From: Thermovirgaceae bacterium
GTDB taxonomy: Bacteria > Synergistota > Synergistia > Synergistales > Thermovirgaceae
Assembly: GCA_040767805.1 (NCBI GenBank)
Contig: JAXGNU010000003.1
Location: 64,001-128,000, forward strand
DNA length: 64,000 nucleotides
Reading direction: 5' to 3'
Shown here: piece after piece, positions 19,214-29,037 of the stretch
Numbering within the stretch: the first letter of the stretch is position 1
How the letters are laid out: each line of letters begins with the position of its first letter
Position numbers and translations under genes: made by a program
The notes under the pieces: generated by a model
Told to the model about the DNA's origin: nothing
What the model saw: only the letters and a program-made list of their open reading frames with translations
Databases searched by the model: none

Positions 19214-19684
19214 CTACCGGAAGCCGTTCCGCTCCTCCCGGAGCCTCGAGATCTCCTCCACGAAACGGGAGACGTCGGTGAATTCCCGGTAAACAGAGGC
19301 GAACCTCACGTAAGCCACCTTGTGAATGTCCCGCAATTCCTCCATGGCCAGGGACCCCACGGTCAAACTCGATACCTCCCCCTGGCCGGTCCCTCTCAGG
19401 GCTTCCTCGATCCTGGAAACGGCCTCTTCTATCTGCTCCAGGGGTACAGGCAACTTTTCACAGGCCTTGGCTAACCCCTTGAGCAATTTTTCCCTGTCAA
19501 AAGCTTCCCTTTGGCCGCTCTTCTTGATGATCCAGAGCACGGGGCGGTCCTCGAACCTTTCATAGGTGGTGAAGCGGTACTGGCACCCCGGGCACTCTCT
19601 TCGCCGGCGGATGACCCTCCCCTCACCAGCTGTCCTGGTCTCGAGGACCCTGGTCTCCATCAGGCCGCACTTGGGACAACGCAT
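19214..19684 (-). CDS. nrdR: Transcriptional repressor NrdR
   Basis: MRCPKC, IRRRRECPGC..RFTTYE, ATP cone, VAYVRFASVY. Confidence 0.97.
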   Translation of the reverse strand: MRCPKCGLMETRVLETRTAGEGRVIRRRRECPGCQYRFTTYERFEDRPVLWIIKKSGQREAFDREKLLKGLAKACEKLPVPLEQIEEAVSRIEEALRGTGQGEVSSLTVGSLAMEELRDIHKVAYVRFASVYREFTDVSRFVEEISRLREERNGFR

Positions 19685-19747
19685 GGCTCGGACCCCCTGT
19701 TTCCGGGTTTTTTTCATTTTATCACGACGACCCGGGGTCTCTACGTC

Positions 19748-19782
19748 AAGAGGGGGCCCCGCCTTGGCCGGGGCCCCCTCTT
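19748..19782. terminator. Strong hairpin downstream of rpsU
   Basis: AAGAGGGGGCCCC-N9-GGGGCCCCCTCTT, perfect 13-bp inverted repeat. Confidence 0.65.
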
Positions 19783-19889
19783 CACCTGGGACTATCTTGG
19801 GCTTACTCGATCTTCCGCTTCGTTTCTTAACCGGCGATCCTCCCCCGCCGGGGGTTTACCCTTGGGCCTTCCCCCGGGGGACATCCTCG

Positions 19890-20069
19890 CTATCTTCTTC
19901 TACGTTTTCTTGAAGCGTCCTCTCTCTTTCTTTTCTTGGCCTCACTGGGTTTTTCGTAATGCTTCCGCCTGCGCGCCTCACGCAGTATGCCTCCCTTGGA
20001 TACCTCTCGCTTGAAGCGCTTGAGAGCATCTTCGAGGGATTCGTTGTCGCGTCGAACGACCTGTGTCAT
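19890..20069 (-). CDS. rpsU: 30S ribosomal protein S21 (59 aa, absent from the ORF track)
   Basis: Manual translation [59 protein letters not shown]; follows the HIT gene as in many Firmicutes-like genomes. Confidence 0.97.
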   Translation of the reverse strand: MTQVVRRDNESLEDALKRFKREVSKGGILREARRRKHYEKPSEAKKRKREDASRKRRRR

Positions 20070-20100
20070 ATGCGTTCCCCCCCTTCTCTCTCACTCGGAG

Positions 20101-20442
20101 CTATCCCGGCGGCCATCCGAAAACCCGTCCGGCGAGCAGGTGGACATGGAGATGGTTCACCGTCTGTCCTGCGTCCGCCCCACAGTTGACCACGAGCCGA
20201 TACCCGCTTTCACGGAGGCCCAGTTCACGGGCAACCCTGACGGCGGCACCCATGATCGGGGACCACACAGCGGGATCTTCGACGTCATCGGCGCACCCCA
20301 CGTGCCGCTTGGGTATCACGAGGAGATGCACCGGCGCCCTGGGGTGGATATCCCGGATCACCATTACGTCATGATCGCTGTAGACGATATCCGCCTTTTC
20401 GTGCCCGTCCACGATCCTGCAGAATGGGCAGACATGGTCCAA
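20101..20442 (-). CDS. Histidine triad nucleotide-binding protein
   Basis: CPFCRI, HLLVIPK, AGQTVNHLHVHLL, WPPG. Confidence 0.95.
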   Translation of the reverse strand: MDHVCPFCRIVDGHEKADIVYSDHDVMVIRDIHPRAPVHLLVIPKRHVGCADDVEDPAVWSPIMGAAVRVARELGLRESGYRLVVNCGADAGQTVNHLHVHLLAGRVFGWPPG

Positions 20443-20518
20443 AGGATCAACTCCCTGCCGATACCCATTGGTCCCCTTTTGCCGGAAGGGACTCGATGAT
20501 ACCTGGTAGCGAATTATA

Positions 20519-21832
20519 TCACACCAACCCGAGAAGGGTCCCTTTTACCGAATCTTTGACCGTCACCGCGGTGACCTCCCCCGGCCGGGAATCCCCGCGG
20601 GCCTCTACCCGCAGGTAATGCCGGGAGAGACCCCCAATTGTCCCTCCTTGGTTCCTCTCCACCAGGACCTCCACTTCCTTGCCGACCCACCGCGTCGAAT
20701 AGAGTCCCAGGAGCTCGGAGCCCACTGCCAGGGCACGGTTCATCCTGGAACGGATCTCGTCGGGGGGAACGGGTTTTTCAAAGCGGGAAGCGGGAGTTCC
20801 CTCCCGGGCTGAAAAGGGGAATGCGTGGAGTTTACCCACCCTCGTCCTCTCTAGCATCTCCAGGGTCGCGCGAAAAGCCTCTTCCCCCTCCCCCGGGAAA
20901 CCGACGATGATATCGGTGCTCAAATGAAGGTCCTCGCCCAGGAAGGACCGGGCCCTCCCGATGAGGGCCACGAACTCTTCCGGCGTGTAACCGCGGTCCA
21001 TCCTTCGCAGAACGTCGGCGTCACCGCTCTGGAGGGGCACATGGAGGTGGGGGCAGAACTGAGGAGTCCCCGCGAGGGCCTCCAGGAGGGGCTCGTCCAG
21101 GCAGAAGGGTTCGATGGAACCGAACCGGATCCTCTTGATCCCTTCGATCCCCGCCGCATTGCGGACGACCTCACCGAGGGAAAGCCCGCGGCCCCTCCCG
21201 AAAAGACCCAGGTTGACCCCGGTGAAGACCACTTCAACGCAGCCGGATGAGGCCAGCATCCGAACCTCCTCCAGTATATCCCCCCCGTTCCTTTCGACGG
21301 GTCTCCCCCTGAGGTCGGGGATGATGCAGTAGGAACAACGGTGGTCGCACCCGTCCTGGATCTTGACGAAGGCCCTTGTCCTGGTCCTGCTGTCCGAAAG
21401 GCAAAGGGGTTCCCACCCAAGATCCCTCTGCACATCCACTCTCTCTACGCGGGGCGGCGCCGTGGGCGGCCCCTGCCCAATCATCTCAGCCACTATCGCC
21501 GGGACCCTGTGTTTGAGCCTGTTCCCCACGAGGCAGTCCACCCCGAGTTCCCGGGCTTCGCCGGGGGAGACCCGCTGGGCCCAGCATCCGGCGGCAACGA
21601 CCAAGGCCCCCGGGTTTTCCCTCCGAAGCCTCCTTATGATCTGCCTGCATTTCCTGTCGGCCTCGGAGGTCACTGAACAGGTGACGACGACGGCGGCGTC
21701 AAAGTCGCCTTGTCGGGGGGTCAAGGCGCCGGCTTCCCTGAAGGAGCATCCCAGGGCTTCCGATTCGAAGAGGTTGGTCCGGCAGCCCATGTGGAGAATC
21801 CGGACCCTGGTACCCTTCAGCCCGTCAATCAT
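20519..21832 (-). CDS. mtaB: tRNA t6A methylthiotransferase
   Basis: GCRTN, TCSVT, KIQDGCDHRCSYC radical SAM motif, DIIVGFPGE; rsmE-mtaB synteny. Confidence 0.92.
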   Translation of the reverse strand: MIDGLKGTRVRILHMGCRTNLFESEALGCSFREAGALTPRQGDFDAAVVVTCSVTSEADRKCRQIIRRLRRENPGALVVAAGCWAQRVSPGEARELGVDCLVGNRLKHRVPAIVAEMIGQGPPTAPPRVERVDVQRDLGWEPLCLSDSRTRTRAFVKIQDGCDHRCSYCIIPDLRGRPVERNGGDILEEVRMLASSGCVEVVFTGVNLGLFGRGRGLSLGEVVRNAAGIEGIKRIRFGSIEPFCLDEPLLEALAGTPQFCPHLHVPLQSGDADVLRRMDRGYTPEEFVALIGRARSFLGEDLHLSTDIIVGFPGEGEEAFRATLEMLERTRVGKLHAFPFSAREGTPASRFEKPVPPDEIRSRMNRALAVGSELLGLYSTRWVGKEVEVLVERNQGGTIGGLSRHYLRVEARGDSRPGEVTAVTVKDSVKGTLLGLV

Positions 21833-22550
21833 CGGACCGCCCGGTCATCATCATGGAAAGGACCGCCACGGCCACCGCCGCCGCCGTGGGGGATCTCATC
21901 ACGTTAGGGCCCAGGCTGACCCTCTGGAAACCATCCTTTTCAAGGATCTCCAGTTCCTCATCGGTCCAGTCACCTTCAGGCCCCACCGCTACGGCGGCTT
22001 CGTCCTGGACCTTCGATGCCAGGGCCGACGGGGCGGGCCCCGTGAAGGCTACATACCGTTGTTGAGGCAGGTCCAGGGAAGGAACGGAAGATACCGGCAT
22101 CGGCTCGCGTATCTCCGGTGGGTCGGCACGGCCGCACTGCTTGGTGGCCTCCATGACGATCCTTTCCCAGCGCTTCATCCTAGGGGGAATCCTTTCAGGG
22201 GTTATGTTCGACACCGAGCGGGAGCAGGTAAGGGGCACGACGACCGAAACGCCGGCCTCCACCGCCTGGGCCAGCAGCCTCTCAAAGGCCTCTCCCTTGA
22301 GAAGGGCCGCCAGCAGCCAGACCTTCCCCCTCGGCCTTTCCGGCGTTTCCCTGAGCACAATTCCCCTGGAGAGGCCGGGGGCGAGTTCCAGCCTCATCAG
22401 CAGCTTTCTCCCCGGGAGCAGCCCCTCGAAAAGGTCTCCCTCCCTACAACGCCTCACGGTGACGAGGTGGTGAGATTCCTCGGGGTCGAGGATCCAGGCG
22501 GAATCACCCTCGGGGACCGACGACTCAAGCCGTACGCGAGGCAGCGACAC
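21825..22550 (-). CDS. rsmE: 16S rRNA m3U1498 methyltransferase
   Basis: HHL..VRR, EATKQCGR, VGPEG, LGPNVMR. Confidence 0.93.
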   Translation of the reverse strand: MSLPRVRLESSVPEGDSAWILDPEESHHLVTVRRCREGDLFEGLLPGRKLLMRLELAPGLSRGIVLRETPERPRGKVWLLAALLKGEAFERLLAQAVEAGVSVVVPLTCSRSVSNITPERIPPRMKRWERIVMEATKQCGRADPPEIREPMPVSSVPSLDLPQQRYVAFTGPAPSALASKVQDEAAVAVGPEGDWTDEELEILEKDGFQRVSLGPNVMRSPTAAAVAVAVLSMMMTGRSDD

Positions 22551-23391
22551 CCCACCAGTCCCCCTTTTCTTTTTCCCCTATCGGGACGAGCCCGCCCGCG
22601 GGGAGGATCTCCAGGAATCTCTCTCTTTCCTTCAGGACTAGGCCGGAGAAGACCGCGATACCCCCTTCAGGCAGTACCTTGGGTATACCCGCCATCATCG
22701 AGGCCAGGGGGTCAAAAACGATATTCGCGCTGACGAGGTCGGCCGTCTCCGAGATTCCCCCGAGGAGGTCCCCGGTGCGGATATCGACTACCCCATCGGG
22801 TATGTCGTTCAGGCGGAGGTTCTCCCTGATCTCGGGGATCACGGCGGGGTCGTTGTCCGTGGCGATGACCCCGGCGGCTCCCATCTTCAGGGACGCCACG
22901 GCCAGGATCCCCGACCCGGTACCCACATCGATGACCTTCATGCCGGGCCTGACCGTATCCTCGAGAAGTTCCAGGGCCGCCTGGGTGCTCTCGTGATAGC
23001 CGGTCCCGAAGGCGCTCCCGGGGTAGATGTAAAGGGGTATTCTCCCCCGGGGTTCCTTCCCCCTGTGCCAGGGGGCCATTACGACGAGAGACCTGCCCAC
23101 CTCTAGGGGGGGAAAGGCCTCCTTCCAGGCCGTGTGCCACTGTCGGTTCTCGATCCGTCCCATGTCCACGATCTTGACCCCGGGCCAGGGACTTATCACG
23201 TCCTGGACCCTCCCTATCCAAAAACCGAGGTCCCTGGTACTGCGGTAGTAGGCCTTCACCGCTATCCTGCCCGGGAGTTCCCTTATTTCCGAACCAATGC
23301 TCCCCGAGAGATCGGCCAGGGCGGACAGATCGTCCTCGTTGCCCTCCTGTCCCTCGAGAGTTACATACCACCAGAACCCTTCGCCGCCCAT
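22525..23391 (-). CDS. prmA: Ribosomal protein L11 methyltransferase
   Basis: AFGTGYHEST, DVGTGSGILA, SANI; located after dnaJ. Confidence 0.93.
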   Translation of the reverse strand: MGGEGFWWYVTLEGQEGNEDDLSALADLSGSIGSEIRELPGRIAVKAYYRSTRDLGFWIGRVQDVISPWPGVKIVDMGRIENRQWHTAWKEAFPPLEVGRSLVVMAPWHRGKEPRGRIPLYIYPGSAFGTGYHESTQAALELLEDTVRPGMKVIDVGTGSGILAVASLKMGAAGVIATDNDPAVIPEIRENLRLNDIPDGVVDIRTGDLLGGISETADLVSANIVFDPLASMMAGIPKVLPEGGIAVFSGLVLKERERFLEILPAGGLVPIGEKEKGDWWGVAASRTA

Positions 23392-23429
23392 GGCACTGAA
23401 CACCTCCGGAATTACCGGCTCTAAAGGAA

Positions 23430-23453
23430 ACGGGAGGCCCTGCCGCCTCCCGT
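23430..23453 (-). terminator. Hairpin after dnaJ
   Basis: ACGGGAGG...CCTCCCGT inverted repeat with a weak T-rich tail. Confidence 0.45.
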
Positions 23454-23489
23454 CCCTTCATAGTCTAGCATGACCGGCCCGCCGGGACA

Positions 23490-24605
23490 TCATGAAAAAA
23501 GTTGCTTTATCCGGTCCAGCAAACCGGCGGACTGGACGGGGACACCCATCTCCTGGGCGAGGGCCTCGACGAGGGCCCTCTCCTTTTCGCTGAGGTTCTT
23601 GGGGACATCGATGAAAACGTGGGCGTAAAGGTCGCCCCTCCCCGAGCCCCTGAGCCGGGGCATGCCCTTGCCCCTCACCCGGAAGGTCTTCCCTCCCGGG
23701 GTCCCGGGGGGGATATCGATCGTTTCCGGCTCTTCGAGGCCGGGGACCTCGACCGAGGCGCCGAGCACCACCTGGGGGAACTGCAGGTCAAGCCGCGTGT
23801 GCAGGTCATCCCTGTCCCTCTCGAAGAGGGGGTGTTCCTCGACCTTGATCGTAATGAAAAGATCGCCCGGGGGACCCCCGTGAACCCCTTCCCTTCCCTC
23901 TCCAGCGATACGGAGCCGGGTCCCCGTATCCACGCCGCGGGGGATCTTGACCTCCACGGTACGCCTCGTCCTGACCTTGCCGGACCCGCCGCAGTTCGAG
24001 CAAGCCTTTTCGATCTTCCTGCCCGTGCCGCCGCATTCCCGGCACGGGGTGACGCTGACGAAGGTCCCGAAGGGGGTCCTCTGCTGGGTCTCGACCTGGC
24101 CCGTTCCGTGGCAGGAGGGGCACGCCTTGACCTCCGAACCCGGTTCGGCGCCGGAACCGCCGCATCGCGCGCAGGTCTCCAGTTTCGGGACGGTTATCTC
24201 CCTGGTCACGCCCTTGAAGGCTTCCTCCAGGGTTATGGACAGGTTCATTTCCAGGTTCTCGCCCCTGGCGGGACCTCCCGGAGCACGGCCGGGGCCGAAA
24301 AAGCTGTCGAAAAGATCGCCGAAAATATCTCCGAAAGGACCGAAGCCACCAAAAGGCCCCTCACCGGGGGGTGCGTCCCCGATGGTGCCGTACCGGTCGT
24401 AGGCGGCCCTCTTCTGGGGGTCCTGGAGCACCTCGTAAGCGAGATTTATCTTCTTGAACCTCTCCTCCGCGCCGGGGTCGTCGGGGTTGGCGTCGGGGTG
24501 ATATTGACGGACCAGTTTCCGGTAAGCCTTCTTTATCTCCTCCTGCGAGGCGTCCCGGGAAACCCCCAGGATAGCGTACAGGTCCCGGCTGTCCTCAGAG
24601 GGCAC
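23490..24605 (-). CDS. dnaJ: Chaperone DnaJ
   Basis: J domain with HPD, G/F region, four CxxCxGxG repeats. Confidence 0.98.
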   Translation of the reverse strand: MPSEDSRDLYAILGVSRDASQEEIKKAYRKLVRQYHPDANPDDPGAEERFKKINLAYEVLQDPQKRAAYDRYGTIGDAPPGEGPFGGFGPFGDIFGDLFDSFFGPGRAPGGPARGENLEMNLSITLEEAFKGVTREITVPKLETCARCGGSGAEPGSEVKACPSCHGTGQVETQQRTPFGTFVSVTPCRECGGTGRKIEKACSNCGGSGKVRTRRTVEVKIPRGVDTGTRLRIAGEGREGVHGGPPGDLFITIKVEEHPLFERDRDDLHTRLDLQFPQVVLGASVEVPGLEEPETIDIPPGTPGGKTFRVRGKGMPRLRGSGRGDLYAHVFIDVPKNLSEKERALVEALAQEMGVPVQSAGLLDRIKQLFS

Positions 24606-24618
24606 CTATTTTCACTCC

Positions 24619-26445
24619 CTAGGACTGTCCGTTCTCTTCGAATTCGGCGTCGACCGTGTCGCCGTCGGTAGCCGGCTCGGAAGGCTCCTGGTGGGCCTCC
24701 TGCTGCCCCGCGGCCTGATCGTAAAGTCGGGCGGACAACTCGTGAAGGCTCTTCGTCAGTGTGTCACAGGCTTGGCGGATCTCCCCGGGGTCATCACCGG
24801 CCAGTTTGCCCCGGAGATGGTCGATCTCTTCCCTGACCCGGGCCTTTTCGGCCTCGGTCGCCCTGTCGCCGAGGTCGGAGAGGGTCTTCTCCGTGCTGTA
24901 TATAAGCGAATCCCCCTCGTTACGGGCATCAGCCAGTTCCTTCCTCTTCCGGTCGCTTTCAAGGTTTTCCTCGGCGGCGCGGCGCATTTTCTCGATCTCG
25001 GCCTCGGTGAGCCTCGAGGACTGGATGGTGACATGCTGCTCCCGGGAGGTCCCCTTGTCCCTGGCGCTCACGTTCAGGATCCCGTTCACGTCGATATCAA
25101 AGGTGACCTCTATCTGGGGCACCCCCCGCGGCGCGGGCGGGATCCCGTCGAGAAAGAACTTGCCCAGGGTGACGTTATCGGCCGCCATGGAACGCTCCCC
25201 CTGGAGAACGTGGATCTCCACCTGGGGCTGGTTGTCCGAAGCCGTGGAGAAGACCTGGCTTTTCGAGGCGGGTATGGCCGTGTTCCTGTCCAGTATCTTG
25301 GTGAAGACGCCTCCCAGCGTCTCAATGCCCAATGAGAGGGGCGTCACGTCCACCAGGATTATGTCCTTGTGCTCGCCCGTGAGGATAGCGGCCTGGATCG
25401 CCGCCCCGACGGCGACGCACTCGTCGGGGTTAATCCCCTTCGTGGGTTCCTTCCCCAGGAGTTCCACGATCTTCCTCTGCACCATGGGCATCCTGGTGGC
25501 CCCGCCCACGAGGAGCACCTTGTGGATCTCTTCCCTGGTCAGCCCGGAATCGTTCATGGCCCTCCGGGTAGGCTCCACGACCTTCTCGAGCAGGGGCCGC
25601 GTGATCTCCTCGAAACGAGCCCTGGTCAGGTTCAGCTCCAGGTGCTTGGGTCCGGTGCTGTCGGCGGTGATGAAGGGCAGAGAAATAGAGGTCTCCGCCA
25701 TGGAGGAGAGTTCCACCTTGGCCTTCTCGGCGGCTTCCCGGAGGCGCTGCAGCGCCATCTTGTCCCTGGAGAGGTCGATACCCTCGTTTTTCTTGAACTC
25801 CGACACCATCAGGTCGACGATCTTCTGGTCCCAGTCATCCCCGCCAAGGTGGTTGTCCCCCGAGGTCGCCAACACCTCGATGACCCCGTCCTCGATGCCC
25901 ACGTCGAGGACCGACACGTCGAAGGTACCCCCGCCGAGGTCGAAGACCAGGATCTTGTTCTCGCCGCCCTTGTCCATCCCGTAGGCCAGGGCCGCCGCGG
26001 TGGGTTCGTTTATGATCCTCAGCACCTCGAGACCCGCTATCTTTCCTGCGTCCTTCGTGGCCTGCCGCTGGGCATCGGTGAAGTAGGCCGGCACGGTAAT
26101 GACGGCCTGGGTGACCTTCTCCCCCAGGTATTCCTCGGCGTCCCGCCTGAGCTTCTGAAGTATCATGGCCGATATCTGCTGCGGGGTCTGCGAGGCACCG
26201 TCGATCTCGATCCTGAAGTCGGAGCCCATCTTTCTCTTTATGGAGGAGATCGTCCTCTCGGGATTGACGATGGCCTGTCTTTTCGCCAACTGGCCGACGA
26301 GCCTGTCCTTGTCCTTCGTGAAGGCCACCACCGAAGGCGTGGTCCTGGAGCCCTCGGCGTTGGTTATTACCGTTATGTGGTCGCCCTCCTTGACGGCCAC
26401 GCAGCTGTTAGTCGTTCCGAAATCGATACCGATGACTTTCCCCAT
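24619..26445 (-). CDS. dnaK: Chaperone DnaK
   Basis: [32 protein letters not shown]. Confidence 0.99.
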   Translation of the reverse strand: MGKVIGIDFGTTNSCVAVKEGDHITVITNAEGSRTTPSVVAFTKDKDRLVGQLAKRQAIVNPERTISSIKRKMGSDFRIEIDGASQTPQQISAMILQKLRRDAEEYLGEKVTQAVITVPAYFTDAQRQATKDAGKIAGLEVLRIINEPTAAALAYGMDKGGENKILVFDLGGGTFDVSVLDVGIEDGVIEVLATSGDNHLGGDDWDQKIVDLMVSEFKKNEGIDLSRDKMALQRLREAAEKAKVELSSMAETSISLPFITADSTGPKHLELNLTRARFEEITRPLLEKVVEPTRRAMNDSGLTREEIHKVLLVGGATRMPMVQRKIVELLGKEPTKGINPDECVAVGAAIQAAILTGEHKDIILVDVTPLSLGIETLGGVFTKILDRNTAIPASKSQVFSTASDNQPQVEIHVLQGERSMAADNVTLGKFFLDGIPPAPRGVPQIEVTFDIDVNGILNVSARDKGTSREQHVTIQSSRLTEAEIEKMRRAAEENLESDRKRKELADARNEGDSLIYSTEKTLSDLGDRATEAEKARVREEIDHLRGKLAGDDPGEIRQACDTLTKSLHELSARLYDQAAGQQEAHQEPSEPATDGDTVDAEFEENGQS

Positions 26446-26498
26446 TCAGCATTCACCCCGCACTGATTTAAAGTTCGAACATCCTCGGCTGCGCCGCC

Positions 26499-27110
26499 TC
26501 AATGGGAGCCCTTGGCCACCTTGACGCGGGCGGCCCTGAGCACCTTGCCGGAGATGGTATACCCCCTTTGGACCTCCTCGGTGATGATCCCGTCACCGAC
26601 CTCTTCCCCGGCCTCCTCCACCGCCACGGCCTCGTGGATGGATGGGTCAAAGGGCTTCCCCACCGTTTCGATGGCGGAAACACCCAGGTCCTCCAGGACC
26701 GAAAAGAACTGGTCCCTTACCATCCCCACTCCCTTGACGTAAGACTCGACGTCGGACCGGTTGCCCGATAACGCCCTCTCCAGGTTATCGAGGACTGGGA
26801 TCAGGGCGGCGGCGGCATCTTCACCGGCCATGGACCTGAGCTTCCTCTGTTCGCGCTCGACCCTCTGGCGGTAGTTGAAAAAATCCGCCCTTGCCCTCGC
26901 TATGGCATCGCCCAGGGCCTTGTTCTCCTCGCTGAGCCGCTCCACGAGGGCCTTGGCCGACCCAAGTTCTGAAAGCAACCCTTCATTGTCGGACGACCCC
27001 TCGTCGTGGGATTCTTTTTCGAGAGTGGCCTCAAGCCCGCCCACCCCGCCATCGCCTCGAGGTGCATCTTCGGGGTTACCCTGTTGTCTTTTCCCCTTGG
27101 GTACTATCAT
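26499..27110 (-). CDS. grpE: Nucleotide exchange factor GrpE
   Basis: ADFFNYRQR, LDNLERAL, FDPSIHEA, VLRAARV. Confidence 0.96.
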   Translation of the reverse strand: MIVPKGKRQQGNPEDAPRGDGGVGGLEATLEKESHDEGSSDNEGLLSELGSAKALVERLSEENKALGDAIARARADFFNYRQRVEREQRKLRSMAGEDAAAALIPVLDNLERALSGNRSDVESYVKGVGMVRDQFFSVLEDLGVSAIETVGKPFDPSIHEAVAVEEAGEEVGDGIITEEVQRGYTISGKVLRAARVKVAKGSH

Positions 27111-28159
27111 CGATGCACCTCCTTGGCGCTTTCGCCGTTCTCCCCGTTTTCGCCCTTCCCGGCGATGGTCCCGAGAACACCCTCGAGGACCGAAATGGAC
27201 CTCTCGTAATCCATCCTCATAGGCCCAATGAGGCCGACCACGGCCTTCCGGCCGCCGGCTATCGTGGAGGCCATCAGGATGGAACAGTCGGGCATCTTCA
27301 GTTCGGGGTTCTCATCCCCTATGGTCACGCGGAGGCCCCTTTCGGTCGAACAGCTGCGGACCAGCATTCCGATGGACTCGTCCTCTTCGAGGAGGGCCAT
27401 GATGGTCTGCAGTCGGCCGAGATCGTTGAAATCGGGGAGTCCCAGGACATTATGGGTGCCCCCGGTGAAGAACTGAAAGGGCTGCTCCAGCAGCAAGCCG
27501 TCCATCTCCCTCAAAGCCGAGCGGCAACTCTCGGCGTACCTCTCCAGGGCATCTTCCACGTAAACCTGGAGCACCCCTCTTACCTCCCCCCAGGACCTTC
27601 CGACGGCCACGGTGGAGACACGCCGGGATAGTTCATCGAGGGCCTCCTGGGTCATGTCGCAGGGCAGGGTGGATATTTTGTGGTGGATGAGCCCTCCCTT
27701 GAGCACTAGCAGTATCAGCACCGTGCCGTGTCCCATGCGGAGAAATTCCACCCTCTCCAGGACCGGTTCCCGCGCGGGTCCCAGGGCGGCTACGCCGATA
27801 TAGCTGGTGATCCTTCCCAGGAGCCTGGTGGCGTAGATGAGGGCTTCCTCCACGTCCTTTCTTCGTTCCCGGAGTTCCTTGATCCACCCTTCGCTCTCGG
27901 GGGGGAAGGACCTCTGGCGCCTCAAGATGGCGTCCACGTAGACACGGTACGCCTTGGGCGTAGGGATCCTTCCAGCGGAGGTGTGGGGTTGGTAAAGGTA
28001 CTCCGACTCCTCCAGGTCGGCCATCTCGTTCCTGATGGTCGCCGCGCTGCGGCCCTTCAGGTACTTCCTGGCGATGGTGCGCGACCCTACGGGTTCACCG
28101 GTCTTGATATATTCGTAAACCACCGCGAGGACCACTTCCAGTTGTCGTTCGCTAAGCAC
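27107..28159 (-). CDS. hrcA: Heat-inducible transcription repressor
   Basis: EPVGS, SAATIRNEMADLE, PHTSAGRIP, IGPMRMDY. Probable GTG start at 28159. Confidence 0.97.
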   Translation of the reverse strand: MLSERQLEVVLAVVYEYIKTGEPVGSRTIARKYLKGRSAATIRNEMADLEESEYLYQPHTSAGRIPTPKAYRVYVDAILRRQRSFPPESEGWIKELRERRKDVEEALIYATRLLGRITSYIGVAALGPAREPVLERVEFLRMGHGTVLILLVLKGGLIHHKISTLPCDMTQEALDELSRRVSTVAVGRSWGEVRGVLQVYVEDALERYAESCRSALREMDGLLLEQPFQFFTGGTHNVLGLPDFNDLGRLQTIMALLEEDESIGMLVRSCSTERGLRVTIGDENPELKMPDCSILMASTIAGGRKAVVGLIGPMRMDYERSISVLEGVLGTIAGKGENGENGESAKEVHR

Positions 28160-28187
28160 TCCCGCAGCAACTCCCTGTCTTATACTA

Positions 28188-28214
28188 TTAGCACTCCCGC
28201 TCAAAGAGTGCTAA
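28188..28214. promoter_or_regulatory. CIRCE element (HrcA operator)
   Basis: Exact TTAGCACTC-N9-GAGTGCTAA upstream of hrcA. Confidence 0.98.
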
Positions 28215-28234
28215 AGGATATCCGTCCGAATGGT

Positions 28235-28263
28235 AGATTAGCAATGGTATCGTCTATTGTCAA
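28235..28263 (-). promoter_or_regulatory. Sigma70-type promoter of the hrcA-dnaK operon
   Basis: TTGACA-N17-TAATCT with an extended TG, just upstream of CIRCE. Confidence 0.75.
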
Positions 28264-28352
28264 CACTGGTCAGAAACATGGGGGACCCCAATTGCGCCCC
28301 TGTTAGCCTAGAATAGGCCTTGGTGAATCAACCTTTCCCCGGGGGGTCTCCT

Positions 28353-28997
28353 TTGACCGATAAAAAAACGACCACGGTGATACTGGTAAGGCATGGGGAA
28401 TGTGAGGGCAACAGGGAAGGCCTGTTCAGGGGAAGGACCGACTTCCCCCTCAACGAGACAGGGAGAGAGCAGGCCCGGGCCCTGGCGGAAGCGTTAAGGC
28501 CCATGACCCCTTCCGCCGTTTATTCGAGCCCGCTGGTCCGGGCGAAGGAGACGGCCAGGATAATCTCGGAACGATGCGGGGCCGACCTGGTCCTCAGGCA
28601 GGGCTTCATCAACATCGCCCTGGGCCGGTGGGAGAACAGGAAAAAGTCGGACATCCAGCAGGAATACCCGGAAGAATGGAGGCTCTGGCTCTCTCACCCC
28701 GAGAGGCTCCGCATGGCCGGCGGCGAGTCCCTCGCCGACGTAAGGAGACGTGCCTTCGCCAACCTGGACGTCCTCGTGAAGGAGCACGCCGGGGGGGTCT
28801 TCGCCATCGTCTCCCACCGGGCGGTGTTCAAACCGCTCCTTGCGGAGGTACTGGACATAGGTGACCCTTACTTCTGGAAGGTCCACCTCGACACGGCGTC
28901 CTTTTCGATCCTGAGACATGAAAAAGACAGGGGCTACTGCCTGACCTCGCTGAACCAGACTTACCACCTGGGCCGGTTCATCAGCGAGTGGGTCTGA
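28353..28997 (+). CDS. Histidine phosphatase family protein (phosphoglycerate mutase-like)
   Basis: LVRHGE, YSSPL.RA.ETA, GGES, VSH. Confidence 0.9.
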   Translation: MTDKKTTTVILVRHGECEGNREGLFRGRTDFPLNETGREQARALAEALRPMTPSAVYSSPLVRAKETARIISERCGADLVLRQGFINIALGRWENRKKSDIQQEYPEEWRLWLSHPERLRMAGGESLADVRRRAFANLDVLVKEHAGGVFAIVSHRAVFKPLLAEVLDIGDPYFWKVHLDTASFSILRHEKDRGYCLTSLNQTYHLGRFISEWV

Positions 28998-29037
28998 TGA
29001 CAGAAGAGCACCTGCACTCGATGGGAGAGCTGAAAAA

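Noticed and set aside
19792..19884. 30-codon ORF right after rpsU (MSPGGRPKGK...)
   Set aside because: No properly spaced RBS and no recognisable motif; cannot be supported without conservation data.
28160..28204. N-terminal extension of HrcA in the ORF track
   Set aside because: It starts inside the CIRCE operator; the GTG at 28159 with an upstream AGGGAG fits the family start.
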